Of a DNA stretch of 64,000 nucleotides, positions 34,814 through 43,601 are shown one piece after another. Positions within the stretch are counted from its first letter, which is position 1; every line of letters starts with the position of its first letter. The stretch covers positions 8,125 through 72,124 of the forward strand of contig DATLXP010000016.1 in assembly GCA_035575695.1 (NCBI GenBank), in the 5' to 3' direction. The DNA comes from Vicinamibacterales bacterium. Its GTDB lineage: Bacteria; Acidobacteriota; Vicinamibacteria; Vicinamibacterales; 2-12-FULL-66-21. The notes below the pieces were generated by a model. That model ran no database searches and was not told the DNA's origin. It saw nothing but the letters and a program-made list of their open reading frames with translations. The position numbers and the translations under genes were made by a program.

Positions 34814-36864
34814 AGGGGCTTGCCGTCCATGGTGTGCGGGATCTGCACGCCGAAATACTTCAAGACGGTCGGGGCGATGTCCATGATGGACGGCTCGGCT
34901 TTCGAGATCGGCTTACTCGACACGAGAACCCCCGCCGTGGTGGCGAAGTCGTATCCGCCGTGGTCTCCGCTCCATTTCTTCATGTTCGGGTACACGATCC
35001 CCTGCGGCGAGCCGCCGAGCGTCGTCTGCCAGGAGACGCGGTAGCCGTCTTCCATGCCGACCTGCAGTTCCGCCGCGTTCCCGAGGAACTCGCCGGTGTA
35101 GACGTCATCACGCTTGTAGACGGCACGCACGATCCTGGAGCCGTCCTCCGGGTCCTGCAGCGTCAGCAGGCGCGCGCTCAACTCGTCTGCGAGCTGCGTC
35201 GCTTCGGCGCCAGGGGAGACGATCCCCTTGGCTTCGCGTCCGCGCAGGTTGAAGTACACCTGGCCGAGCCCCATCGCGTACGCGCGTGTCTTCGACCAGT
35301 CGACGTTCTCCCAGAACTCTCCGCCGCCAAACAGGTCGTCGAGCTTCTTCTCGGCCTGCTGGCCTCGGACCACCATGTAGCCCTGCTGCACCAGCCAGGT
35401 GTTCAGGTTCACGGACTTGCGCCAGGAGTGAAATCCGTGATCGGACACGATCAGCACCTGCGTGCCTGGCTCGAGATGCTCCAGGACCTCGGCGACGAAC
35501 TGGTCCGCGCGCCGGTAGATGGTCTCAATCGAGTTTCCGTACTTCGCGGCGAGCGCCGCGTCGTACATCGGGTGCTTCTCATCCATGAGCCGCCACATCA
35601 TGTGCTGCACGCGGTCGGTGGATTCGATGACGCCGATGAGCACATCCCACTTGCGCGCATCGATGCGGTTGAGGATGACCTGCGCGCGATCGTCGAACGC
35701 CTTGTAGAGGTCTTCCATGAACGTCTGTTCGTCCATGCGGCCTTCGTTCAGCGGCCAGGTCGCCTCGGCCCAGCCGAGCGTACGGTAGGGACCGATCTGC
35801 CGGAACAGGTCGCCCGACAGGGACGCCGGGTGCGAGATGGGCATCGGCGGGCTGTCCGGCTTCCAGTTCACCGGTGAGACGTACAGCTGCAGCTCGTTGC
35901 CGGCGTTCATCAACAGCAGTTGCGCCATGCCATGGACGCGGACGAGAAAATTGATCCGGAACTCGAGGTCCACCCACTTGCTGATCTTGCCCCGTTCGAG
36001 GGTGATCGTCTCGCCGCTGATCTCGACCGTCGCTGTGCCGGCGCCGCGGTTCCAGCGAACCGACATCGGGATCTTCACGTCCTCTTTCTGTTCGAGCTCC
36101 GCGATCTGCCGCCGATCCGCATCGGTGAGGGATTGCGCCTTCGCACGAAGCGCCACGAGTTGCTTTCGCACCACGGGGTTGGGCGGGCCGACGAGCTCCG
36201 TCTTCGCGACGTCGTTCTCCATGACCAGCCGCCGGAGCACGCCGCCAAGCTCGGTGTTGCCTTCTTCGTAGCGACTGAGGTCTGTCGCGAAATAGTAAAA
36301 CGTGCCCATCGTGCCGCGGATGTCTGGGAGCGGGAGGCCCGAGAGGAGTTCACCGTTCTGCACCTCTTCGGCTGGGAACGTGACGGGAACGGTCATGACG
36401 CTCGTCCGCACACCGGCCTGGCCGGCGGTCACCCAGAACGACGTCCCGCCGCGGATCGACGTGATCTTCGGCTTGGCGATCGGGATGTAATCGAACAGGA
36501 ACTTCGCCGGTTCCCGACTCACCATGCCCAGGTCCGGCAGGTAGGTCGTCGTATCCCGGACGAGGAAGTCGTAGATGTTGTGCTTGCCCGCGTTGACCCC
36601 CGTGGCGAAGGAGGCCCACGATGTTGGCGACTCGGGCGAATGCGTGGTCGCGAGCGAATAGAGTCCCCCTTGCTCGGCCAGCCGCTTGAACGTCGGCATG
36701 CGGCCGGCGTCGATCCACTGCTTGAGAAGGTCGGGGTCCATCCCGTCGAAACCGAGGATGACCAGCTTCTGGGAGTACTGTGTCCCCGATGACCCGCGGG
36801 TACACGCGAGCATGCCTGCGCCGAGCGCTGCGGCCAGGAGCACCGCCGTCACGCGTCTGTTCAT
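34807..36864 (-). CDS. Alkaline-phosphatase-superfamily lipoprotein (type I phosphodiesterase/nucleotide pyrophosphatase family)
   Basis: I set the start at the internal ATG, giving the lipobox signal MNRRVTAVLLAAALGAGMLAC. Motifs: GFDGMDPD, SPTSWASFATG, SDHGF. Confidence 0.8.
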   Translation of the reverse strand: MNRRVTAVLLAAALGAGMLACTRGSSGTQYSQKLVILGFDGMDPDLLKQWIDAGRMPTFKRLAEQGGLYSLATTHSPESPTSWASFATGVNAGKHNIYDFLVRDTTTYLPDLGMVSREPAKFLFDYIPIAKPKITSIRGGTSFWVTAGQAGVRTSVMTVPVTFPAEEVQNGELLSGLPLPDIRGTMGTFYYFATDLSRYEEGNTELGGVLRRLVMENDVAKTELVGPPNPVVRKQLVALRAKAQSLTDADRRQIAELEQKEDVKIPMSVRWNRGAGTATVEISGETITLERGKISKWVDLEFRINFLVRVHGMAQLLLMNAGNELQLYVSPVNWKPDSPPMPISHPASLSGDLFRQIGPYRTLGWAEATWPLNEGRMDEQTFMEDLYKAFDDRAQVILNRIDARKWDVLIGVIESTDRVQHMMWRLMDEKHPMYDAALAAKYGNSIETIYRRADQFVAEVLEHLEPGTQVLIVSDHGFHSWRKSVNLNTWLVQQGYMVVRGQQAEKKLDDLFGGGEFWENVDWSKTRAYAMGLGQVYFNLRGREAKGIVSPGAEATQLADELSARLLTLQDPEDGSRIVRAVYKRDDVYTGEFLGNAAELQVGMEDGYRVSWQTTLGGSPQGIVYPNMKKWSGDHGGYDFATTAGVLVSSKPISKAEPSIMDIAPTVLKYFGVQIPHTMDGKPLW

Positions 36865-36904
36865 ATTGGGACGCCCATTGTACGCTTCATCGATATGCGG
36901 GTAT

Positions 36905-37354
36905 ATGCGGGATAAACGCGCCCTGGGCATCGATTACGGGCACAAGCGGATCGGCCTGGCCCTGTCGGACGCCGCGGGCATGCTGGCGAGGGGCTGGAAA
37001 ACGGTGGCGCGCGTGGGGAACCCTTCACAGGTCGCCACGTCGCTCGCGGCCGACGTCCGCACGCTTGCCGGTGAAGACGATGGCCTGGGAGTGATCGTTC
37101 TGGGATTCCCCCGTCGCCTGAACGGCGAGCCGACCGACCAGACGGCCAGCGTGCAGGCGCTGGCCGAACGGCTCCGCGCGCTGGTGGATATTCCGGTCGT
37201 GCTCCAGGACGAGCGGCTGTCGAGTCACGAAGCCGACACCCTGCTTGCAAGGCACGAGAAGGATTGGCGCAAGCGAAAAGCGCTGCTGGACGCCGCGTCC
37301 GCCGCGGTGATCCTGCAGGATTATCTTGATTCGCATCCGGAGGGCAGCAGGTGA
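36905..37354 (+). CDS. ruvX: Holliday junction resolvase-like protein RuvX (YqgF)
   Basis: Starts at the internal ATG. ALGIDYGHKRIGLALSD. 149 aa. Confidence 0.88.
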   Translation: MRDKRALGIDYGHKRIGLALSDAAGMLARGWKTVARVGNPSQVATSLAADVRTLAGEDDGLGVIVLGFPRRLNGEPTDQTASVQALAERLRALVDIPVVLQDERLSSHEADTLLARHEKDWRKRKALLDAASAAVILQDYLDSHPEGSR

Positions 37355-38358
37355 GACGACTGGTGGGATGGGGTTCGGTGGTGGTGCTGATCGCGTTGCT
37401 CGCGGCAGGTGCATGGACGTATGCGAACCTCGAGCGTCCATACAAAGGCTATGCGGCGGTCGAGCAGTTCGTTGAGATCCCGCCCGGGACTCGATCGAAA
37501 AAGATGGGGCAGCGGCTCGCCGACGCCGGTGTCATTCGTTCCGCGGGCACGTTTCGCCTGGCCGTCTGGATGCGCGGCGCGGGCCGCCGGCTCCAGGCCG
37601 GTGAGTATCGTTTCGACAAGCCGATGACCACCGCCCAGGTCGTGGACAAGCTTGCGCGCGGCGATGTGTTCGTCCGCTCGATCACGTTCCCGGAGGGGCT
37701 GAGCCTCCGGGACATGGCGGCCCTGTTCCAGGCCCGCGGTCTCGGCGCCGGCGCGGATTTCATCGCGGCGTCGAAGAACGCGGGACTCGTGGCCCGGATC
37801 GACCCCGCCGCACGGGACCTCGAAGGCTACCTGTTCCCCGACACCTACACGCGGACCCGGAGCATGACCGCGGCCGACCTCGTGGCGCGGATGGTCAAGC
37901 GCTTCGACAAGGCGCTCAGCCCGAAGATGATCGAGCAGGCGGCCGCGAGAGGCATGAATGTGCGGCAACTCGTGACGCTGGCGTCGCTCGTGGAAAAAGA
38001 AACGGGCAAGGCCGACGAACGCGCAACGGTCGCGGGCGTCTACGCGAACCGCCTGAAGATCGGCATGGGATTGCAGTGCGATCCCACCGTCATCTACGCC
38101 CTGATACTCGCCGGGCGGTACGACGGGAACATCCGCCGGGAGGACCTGCAGATCGACTCGCCGTACAACACCTACCGGTACGCAGGGTTGCCGCCCGGCC
38201 CCGTCGCCGCGCCGGGCGAAGCCTCGCTGCGCGCCGCCGCGAATCCCGCAGCCGTCCCTGACCTGTACTTCGTCAGCCGAGGGGATGGTTCCCACGTCTT
38301 CGCGACGACGCTCGACGAGCACAACCGGAACGTCAACGAATTTCAGAGGGGCAGATAG
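37351..38358 (+). CDS. mltG: Endolytic murein transglycosylase MltG (YceG)
   Basis: 335 aa with an N-terminal TM helix. Motifs: TLASLVEKE, DPTVIY, YNTY...GLPPGPV. Confidence 0.9.
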   Translation: MRRLVGWGSVVVLIALLAAGAWTYANLERPYKGYAAVEQFVEIPPGTRSKKMGQRLADAGVIRSAGTFRLAVWMRGAGRRLQAGEYRFDKPMTTAQVVDKLARGDVFVRSITFPEGLSLRDMAALFQARGLGAGADFIAASKNAGLVARIDPAARDLEGYLFPDTYTRTRSMTAADLVARMVKRFDKALSPKMIEQAAARGMNVRQLVTLASLVEKETGKADERATVAGVYANRLKIGMGLQCDPTVIYALILAGRYDGNIRREDLQIDSPYNTYRYAGLPPGPVAAPGEASLRAAANPAAVPDLYFVSRGDGSHVFATTLDEHNRNVNEFQRGR

Positions 38359-38370
38359 AACCTGGAACGG

Positions 38371-40584
38371 TTAGAACTGAAATCCCAGCGTCAGCGACGC
38401 CGACCGTCCCGCCGCGTACACGAAGCGAGGGTCCGGGCTGGCGTAGTAGTCATCATCGAGCAGATTGCGCACGACGCCCCGCAAGTCGAATCCACGTCGC
38501 AACTTCCACCCGGCGCTCAGATCGATGACGCGCGCGGCAGGGGCGACCACTTCGCTGGGCCCCGGGCGTGTGTCGTCGGCCATGTAGGACGCGCGTACCT
38601 GCGCGTAGGCGACCTTCTTGAGGTCTTGCCGCAGAGACACGGACACCGTGGTGGGGGAGATGTCGTCGAGGTGGGCCTTGTCGTCGAGCGCCACACCACG
38701 TCCGATGTTCACACCCCCCTCGATTGAAAACCCGGCGCCCGCTTCCGCCCGCGCCTCGAGCTCGATCCCGCGCAGTCGTCCCCGGCCCCGGTTCCTGAAG
38801 AAGAAAAAATCGGTCTGGGGCGTAAAGCGCTCGATCAGGTCGTTGATGCGGTAGTGGTACGCATAGGCCGCCACCTGGGCGCGGCCGACCGAGTAGCGCG
38901 CCGCCACGTCGAACTGCAGGCTGTCTTCCGGCTCGAGATCCGGATTTCCCGTGATGAAGCCGCGTCCCGATGGCCCCCGGAAATATCGATCCGAGAGTGT
39001 GGGATCCCTGAAGCCACGCGCGACCTGGCCCGTGACGGCGACGCCGGCGAACGGGCCCACCGTGACGGAGCCGAAGCCCGAGAAGGCACCGTTCGACGTC
39101 GAGCGGTTTCCGAAAAACCCGCCGGCGTTCCGTGTGGTGATGATGTCACCCCGAGCACCGCCTGCGACCCGCAGCGCGCTGGCCACCGCGACGTCGGCCT
39201 GAAGGTAGAGGCCGGAGTTGGTGCGGCGCGCGGAGTCTACCGAGACGATGTCGGCTTGCGACGCGATCGCCCCGGCCGCATCGTACCGGATCGTCGAGTC
39301 GCCCCCCTCGAGTCCGAACCGGCCGTTCACGTCCACGCCGAATTCGAGCCGCGCACGTCCCTGTCCGCGTACGCCGCTCGCCTTGACGTGAAAGTCGCGC
39401 GCGGACACGTCCGAGCGGTCGATCGTGCGCACCGAGGTCGCGGTGGCGAACCGATCCTGGTCCGTGCGCTGGTCGAACGTGCCGACGTACGCCGTCAGAG
39501 ACAGCTGCTGCAGGCCCGCCACGTTGGCCAGCTCGTACGATGAGGTGAACCTGTGCGAGTTTTCGTACGGATAATAGAAACGGATGCTGCGGGAGTTGTT
39601 GCGGGGACGCTCGACGTCACGACCGAAGTCCCCCTGCCATCCGATCGTCAGCAGCCCGCCGCCGACCTGGTGATCGACTCGGGTGAGGATGCCCCGGTCC
39701 TTCCAGCCCGAATTGAAGACCGTGCTGCCGTCGACGGGGCTGTCCCAGTCGTCGGCCTGGCGCGCGTGCACCTGAGCGATCACCCCACCGCGAGCAAGCC
39801 CCCTGGCGACTTCGACGGAGCCGCGCCGGTCGGGGATCCCCGCGCCGTAGGTGCCGCTGACGCGCACGTGCAGCGGGCTGCCGGGCTGCGCACGCCGGGT
39901 GCGGACGGAGATCACCCCGCCGATCGCATCGGATCCATAGGCCACCGAGCCCGGCCCGCGCGACACGTCGATGCCCTCGAAGCTCGCCGGGTCCGCAAAC
40001 GTGGCGCTCGGGCCGACGCGTCGCTCGGAGCTGACGCGGGCGCCGTCGATCAGCAGAAGGGTCCGGCCGCGCGCGAGTCCGCGGATCGCCGGGACGGCCG
40101 CGTGTCCTTCAGACACGACGTTGATGCCGGGGACCGTTTCGAGCGCCTGCGTCAAGTTCTCCGGCGTCCGGCTTGCGATCTGCGCGGGTGACAGCAAGGT
40201 CTTGCCGGCCCCGGGCGAGGACACGATACTGGGCGCCACGCCCACGACCGTCACCGACTCGTCTGACAGGGCGTTGACCGGGATCGTGGTACCGCCGGTC
40301 TCGATGGCGGTGACGTCCACCGGACGCGCGACCTGGCCCCCGGGGAGCACGATGATCACCTGGAAAGGCACGGCAGGGGACCCTTCCCACACGAAGCGCC
40401 CGTCCGCGTCGGTCCTGCTCGTGCCGGCCACGCCGGGGATGGTGATGATGGCATCGGCGACAGGTTTCAGGGTCGTCGCATCGACGACCCGTCCCGTGAA
40501 CTGGGCAGGCGGCTGCGCGCTCGCAAGGGCGGGGAGGAAGGCCAGTGCAAGGGCACACGCCAGGAGGCGGATCGAATGATTCAT
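38371..40584 (-). CDS. TonB-dependent receptor with N-terminal carboxypeptidase-regulatory-like domain
   Basis: 737 aa with a signal peptide, a plug region (GAP/SS...RG) and a C-terminal ...LTLGFQF. Confidence 0.88.
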   Translation of the reverse strand: MNHSIRLLACALALAFLPALASAQPPAQFTGRVVDATTLKPVADAIITIPGVAGTSRTDADGRFVWEGSPAVPFQVIIVLPGGQVARPVDVTAIETGGTTIPVNALSDESVTVVGVAPSIVSSPGAGKTLLSPAQIASRTPENLTQALETVPGINVVSEGHAAVPAIRGLARGRTLLLIDGARVSSERRVGPSATFADPASFEGIDVSRGPGSVAYGSDAIGGVISVRTRRAQPGSPLHVRVSGTYGAGIPDRRGSVEVARGLARGGVIAQVHARQADDWDSPVDGSTVFNSGWKDRGILTRVDHQVGGGLLTIGWQGDFGRDVERPRNNSRSIRFYYPYENSHRFTSSYELANVAGLQQLSLTAYVGTFDQRTDQDRFATATSVRTIDRSDVSARDFHVKASGVRGQGRARLEFGVDVNGRFGLEGGDSTIRYDAAGAIASQADIVSVDSARRTNSGLYLQADVAVASALRVAGGARGDIITTRNAGGFFGNRSTSNGAFSGFGSVTVGPFAGVAVTGQVARGFRDPTLSDRYFRGPSGRGFITGNPDLEPEDSLQFDVAARYSVGRAQVAAYAYHYRINDLIERFTPQTDFFFFRNRGRGRLRGIELEARAEAGAGFSIEGGVNIGRGVALDDKAHLDDISPTTVSVSLRQDLKKVAYAQVRASYMADDTRPGPSEVVAPAARVIDLSAGWKLRRGFDLRGVVRNLLDDDYYASPDPRFVYAAGRSASLTLGFQF

Positions 40585-40637
40585 AGGGGTGTCAGCGGAG
40601 CATCAGGGATCGACTTACGACCGGCGGCCGTAGGGAC

Positions 40638-41528
40638 TCAACGTTCGGACCACTTCAGCTTTTCTCTGAGCACATCGAAGTACGTGCGCGTCGCCGCGCG
40701 CACGAGCTTCACCGGGCGCTCCGCACGCTGCACCAGCACGACGTCAGCGGGCTCCAGCGGGTGTCCTGACTGGCCGTCGAACGTCACGAACAGCTCGTCG
40801 TTCGATGAACCCGCGGCCGCCTGCACGCGCACCTCGGTATTCCCGGGTATCACGATCGGCCGGTTCGTCAGCATGTGCGGGGCGATCGGCGTGAGGAGCA
40901 ACGCGTCCACGGCGGGATGCACGATCGGTCCGCCGGCCGCCAGGTTGTAGGCCGTCGAGCCGGTCGGACTCGCGATGATCAGGCCGTCTGCGCGCACGCG
41001 CATGACCGGCTGATCGCCGATCGCGACGGCGAGATCGATGATGCGCGAGAGCGCACCCTTCGTGATGACCACGTCGTTGAGCGCAAGGCGCTCGATGTGC
41101 GTGGCACCGTCGCGCAGCGTCCGCGACCGCAGCATCAGCCGCTCGTCGATCTGCGCCGTGCCGTCGAGCACCGACTCGAGCGACCCGTACAGCTCCGGGA
41201 GCGTGATCTCGGTCAGAAAACCGAGGCTGCCGAAGTTGACGCCGAGGATCGGGATATCGGCGCCCGCGTGCGCAATGCGTCCGGCCATGCCGATGAGCGT
41301 GCCGTCTCCACCCAGCACGACGATCAGGTCACATTCGCCGGGGATCTCATCCCGGCTGTATGTCACCCGATCCGGCGGCACACCCGCGAGCGCCGCCGTC
41401 TCGGTGTCGAACACGGCGCGGACATCGCGGGCTTCGAGCCAGCCGGCGAGTTCGGCGATCACTCCGGCGGCGGCTCCAAGACTGGTCTTGGCGACGAGCC
41501 CCACACGAGAGACGGGCTGCACGGTCAT
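40638..41528 (-). CDS. nadK: NAD(+) kinase
   Basis: 296 aa. GGDGT, NFGSLGFL, IASPTGSTAY. Confidence 0.92.
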   Translation of the reverse strand: MTVQPVSRVGLVAKTSLGAAAGVIAELAGWLEARDVRAVFDTETAALAGVPPDRVTYSRDEIPGECDLIVVLGGDGTLIGMAGRIAHAGADIPILGVNFGSLGFLTEITLPELYGSLESVLDGTAQIDERLMLRSRTLRDGATHIERLALNDVVITKGALSRIIDLAVAIGDQPVMRVRADGLIIASPTGSTAYNLAAGGPIVHPAVDALLLTPIAPHMLTNRPIVIPGNTEVRVQAAAGSSNDELFVTFDGQSGHPLEPADVVLVQRAERPVKLVRAATRTYFDVLREKLKWSER

Positions 41529-42265
41529 TTGTGTCTCAAATGCATGAGGAGCTCGCGGTTGCCTTCCATGCCGGCGATCGGCGACTCGATGACGGCCAGT
41601 CGAATCAATCCTAGTGTATCGGCGACCGCCGCGACTTCCTCCACGACCCGCGCCCGCACCTCGTCATCCCGAACGATGCCCCCCTTGCCGACTTCCTCGC
41701 GGCGCGCTTCGAACTGCGGCTTGACGAGGGCGACGACATCGGCTGCCGGCGCCAGGAGTGCCGGCACCACGGGGAGGATGTGGCGGAGTGCAATGAACGA
41801 CACGTCCACGGTCACGATACCGAACGTGCGCGCATCCTCCGGAAGGTCCTTCGGCGCGAGCGTCCGCGCGTTGGTCCGCTCGATCGTCACCACGCGCGGG
41901 TCGCGTCGCAACTTCCAGTCGAGCTGTCCGTGCCCCACGTCGAGCGCGACGACGCGGATGGCTCCCCGCTGGAGCAAGACGTCCGTGAAGCCCCCCGTGG
42001 ACGCGCCGATGTCGAGACCCAGGCGGCCGGTCACGTCGATCGCGAACGCGTCGAGGGCATGCGCGAGTTTCAGGCCTCCACGGCCGACGTAGGGATGATC
42101 CGGCACCGCGAGCGTGATCTCGGCATCGGGGTCGACGCCTGTCCCCGCTTTGGCGGCGGGCATGCCGTTGACGCGGACGTCTCCGGCGAGGATGAGCGCA
42201 CGGGCCCGCTCACGCGATGCCACCAGGCCGCGCTCCACGAGCAGGGTGTCGAGGCGGATTTTCAT
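41525..42265 (-). CDS. tlyA: TlyA-family rRNA (cytidine-2'-O)-methyltransferase
   Basis: 246 aa with an S4-like N-terminus (RLDTLLVERGL) and the SAM motif LDIGASTGGFTD. Confidence 0.88.
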   Translation of the reverse strand: MKIRLDTLLVERGLVASRERARALILAGDVRVNGMPAAKAGTGVDPDAEITLAVPDHPYVGRGGLKLAHALDAFAIDVTGRLGLDIGASTGGFTDVLLQRGAIRVVALDVGHGQLDWKLRRDPRVVTIERTNARTLAPKDLPEDARTFGIVTVDVSFIALRHILPVVPALLAPAADVVALVKPQFEARREEVGKGGIVRDDEVRARVVEEVAAVADTLGLIRLAVIESPIAGMEGNRELLMHLRHK

Positions 42266-42269
42266 TGAT

Positions 42270-42402
42270 GCATCGCGATTTATCTACTTATCGACTTGTC
42301 TGCTTATCGATTTATCGGCTTATCTGCTCATCGACTGATCTGCTCATCGACTCATCTGCTGACCGATAAATCGATAAATCGATGAGCCGATAGATCGATA
42401 GA
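42270..42402. repeat. AT-enriched intergenic element of YTNATCG 7-9-nt repeats followed by inverted CGATAR repeats; a 15-bp perfect long-range stem
   Basis: TTATCGATTTATCGG (42304-42318) pairs with CCGATAAATCGATAA (42363-42377). The 44-nt loop holds two 16-nt direct repeats CTCATCGACT(G/C)ATCTG. Confidence 0.8.
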
Positions 42403-43347
42403 TCAACGGTCCCGGCCGATCACCCAGTGCGCCAGGGCGGGCAGGTGGCCGCCGAGACCGGCTCCAGTGAGCGCGTGTGTCGCGCGCTCGACGCATGCGG
42501 CCGCAGCTCGCCGCGAGCCTTCGAGGCCGTGCAGCGCGGGATAGGTGGGCTTACCGGCCGCCGCGTCTTTGCCGGCGGTTTTCCCGAGGTCCGCCGATGC
42601 CCCCTCGATGTCCAGGATGTCATCGACGATCTGGAACGCGAGGCCGACTTCCGAGCCGTACGTGCCAATCGCCGCCAGGGCGTCGTCGGATGCTCTCGCC
42701 ACAGTCGCGCCGGCAAGGACCGAGGCGCGGATCAGCGCGCCGGTCTTGCGGGCATGCATGTCGGCGAGCGTCGCGGCGTCGAGCGGTGTCGCGCCGGAGG
42801 CTGCGCCCAGGTCGAGCGCCTGGCCCCCGACCATGCCGCTGGCGCCTGCGGCCTCCGCGATGAGGGCGATCGCCCGGAGCTGGCGCGCCGCGCGCTCGCC
42901 CGTGCCCCCGGGCTGCTCGCCGGGCTCACGCGCGAGGAGCGCGAAGGCCTCCGTCAGCAGCGCGTCACCGACGAGGATCGCGAGACCCTCGCCGTATACG
43001 ACGTGCGCCGTCGGGCGGCCACGGCGCAGCACGTCGTTGTCCATGGCGGGGAGGTCGTCGTGGACGAGCGAGTAAGTATGAATGAGCTCCAACGCGCAGG
43101 CGACCGGGAGGGCGTGCGCGCGTGCCTGCGCGAGATCGGTCCCCCCGCGTTGTGCCACAGCCTCCGCCGCGGCGAGTGCCAGGACCGGACGAAGCCGCTT
43201 GCCACCTGCGAGCAGGCTGTAGCGCATGGCGTCCCAGACGACCGCCGGTTCGCGGCCCGTCGCGGGGATCCAGCGCTCGAGCGCCGCTTCGACGTCCAGG
43301 CGCCGCGTCTCGAGCCACGCGCCCAACTCCACGGCGACCGTGCTCAC
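42403..43347 (-). CDS. ispA: Polyprenyl (farnesyl/geranylgeranyl) diphosphate synthase
   Basis: 314 aa. The motifs are LVHDDLPAMDND and QIVDDILD. Confidence 0.88.
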   Translation of the reverse strand: MSTVAVELGAWLETRRLDVEAALERWIPATGREPAVVWDAMRYSLLAGGKRLRPVLALAAAEAVAQRGGTDLAQARAHALPVACALELIHTYSLVHDDLPAMDNDVLRRGRPTAHVVYGEGLAILVGDALLTEAFALLAREPGEQPGGTGERAARQLRAIALIAEAAGASGMVGGQALDLGAASGATPLDAATLADMHARKTGALIRASVLAGATVARASDDALAAIGTYGSEVGLAFQIVDDILDIEGASADLGKTAGKDAAAGKPTYPALHGLEGSRRAAAACVERATHALTGAGLGGHLPALAHWVIGRDR

Positions 43348-43601
43348 CGGTGCCGTTCGCCCTCGTCGTGGATCTCGAGGCCGAGGGATGCGGGAGCCGG
43401 CTTGACTTCGCCGCGCTCGTTGAGGATGTCGATCCGTCGCTCGGCCGTTTCCAGCGCCGCATGGCAGAAGCGCGAGAGCTGCAGGCCGCGCTCGTAGAGC
43501 TCCATCGACTTTTCGAGGGTCAGGTCCCCCTCTTCCATGCGCTTGACGGTCGCGTCGAGCTCGGCGATCGCCGATTCGAAGTCCTTAATCGTTGATTCCA
43601 T
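43344..43601 (-). CDS. xseB: Exodeoxyribonuclease VII small subunit
   Basis: 85 aa. FESAIAELDATVKRMEEGDLTLEKSMELYERG. Confidence 0.88.
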   Translation of the reverse strand: MESTIKDFESAIAELDATVKRMEEGDLTLEKSMELYERGLQLSRFCHAALETAERRIDILNERGEVKPAPASLGLEIHDEGERHR

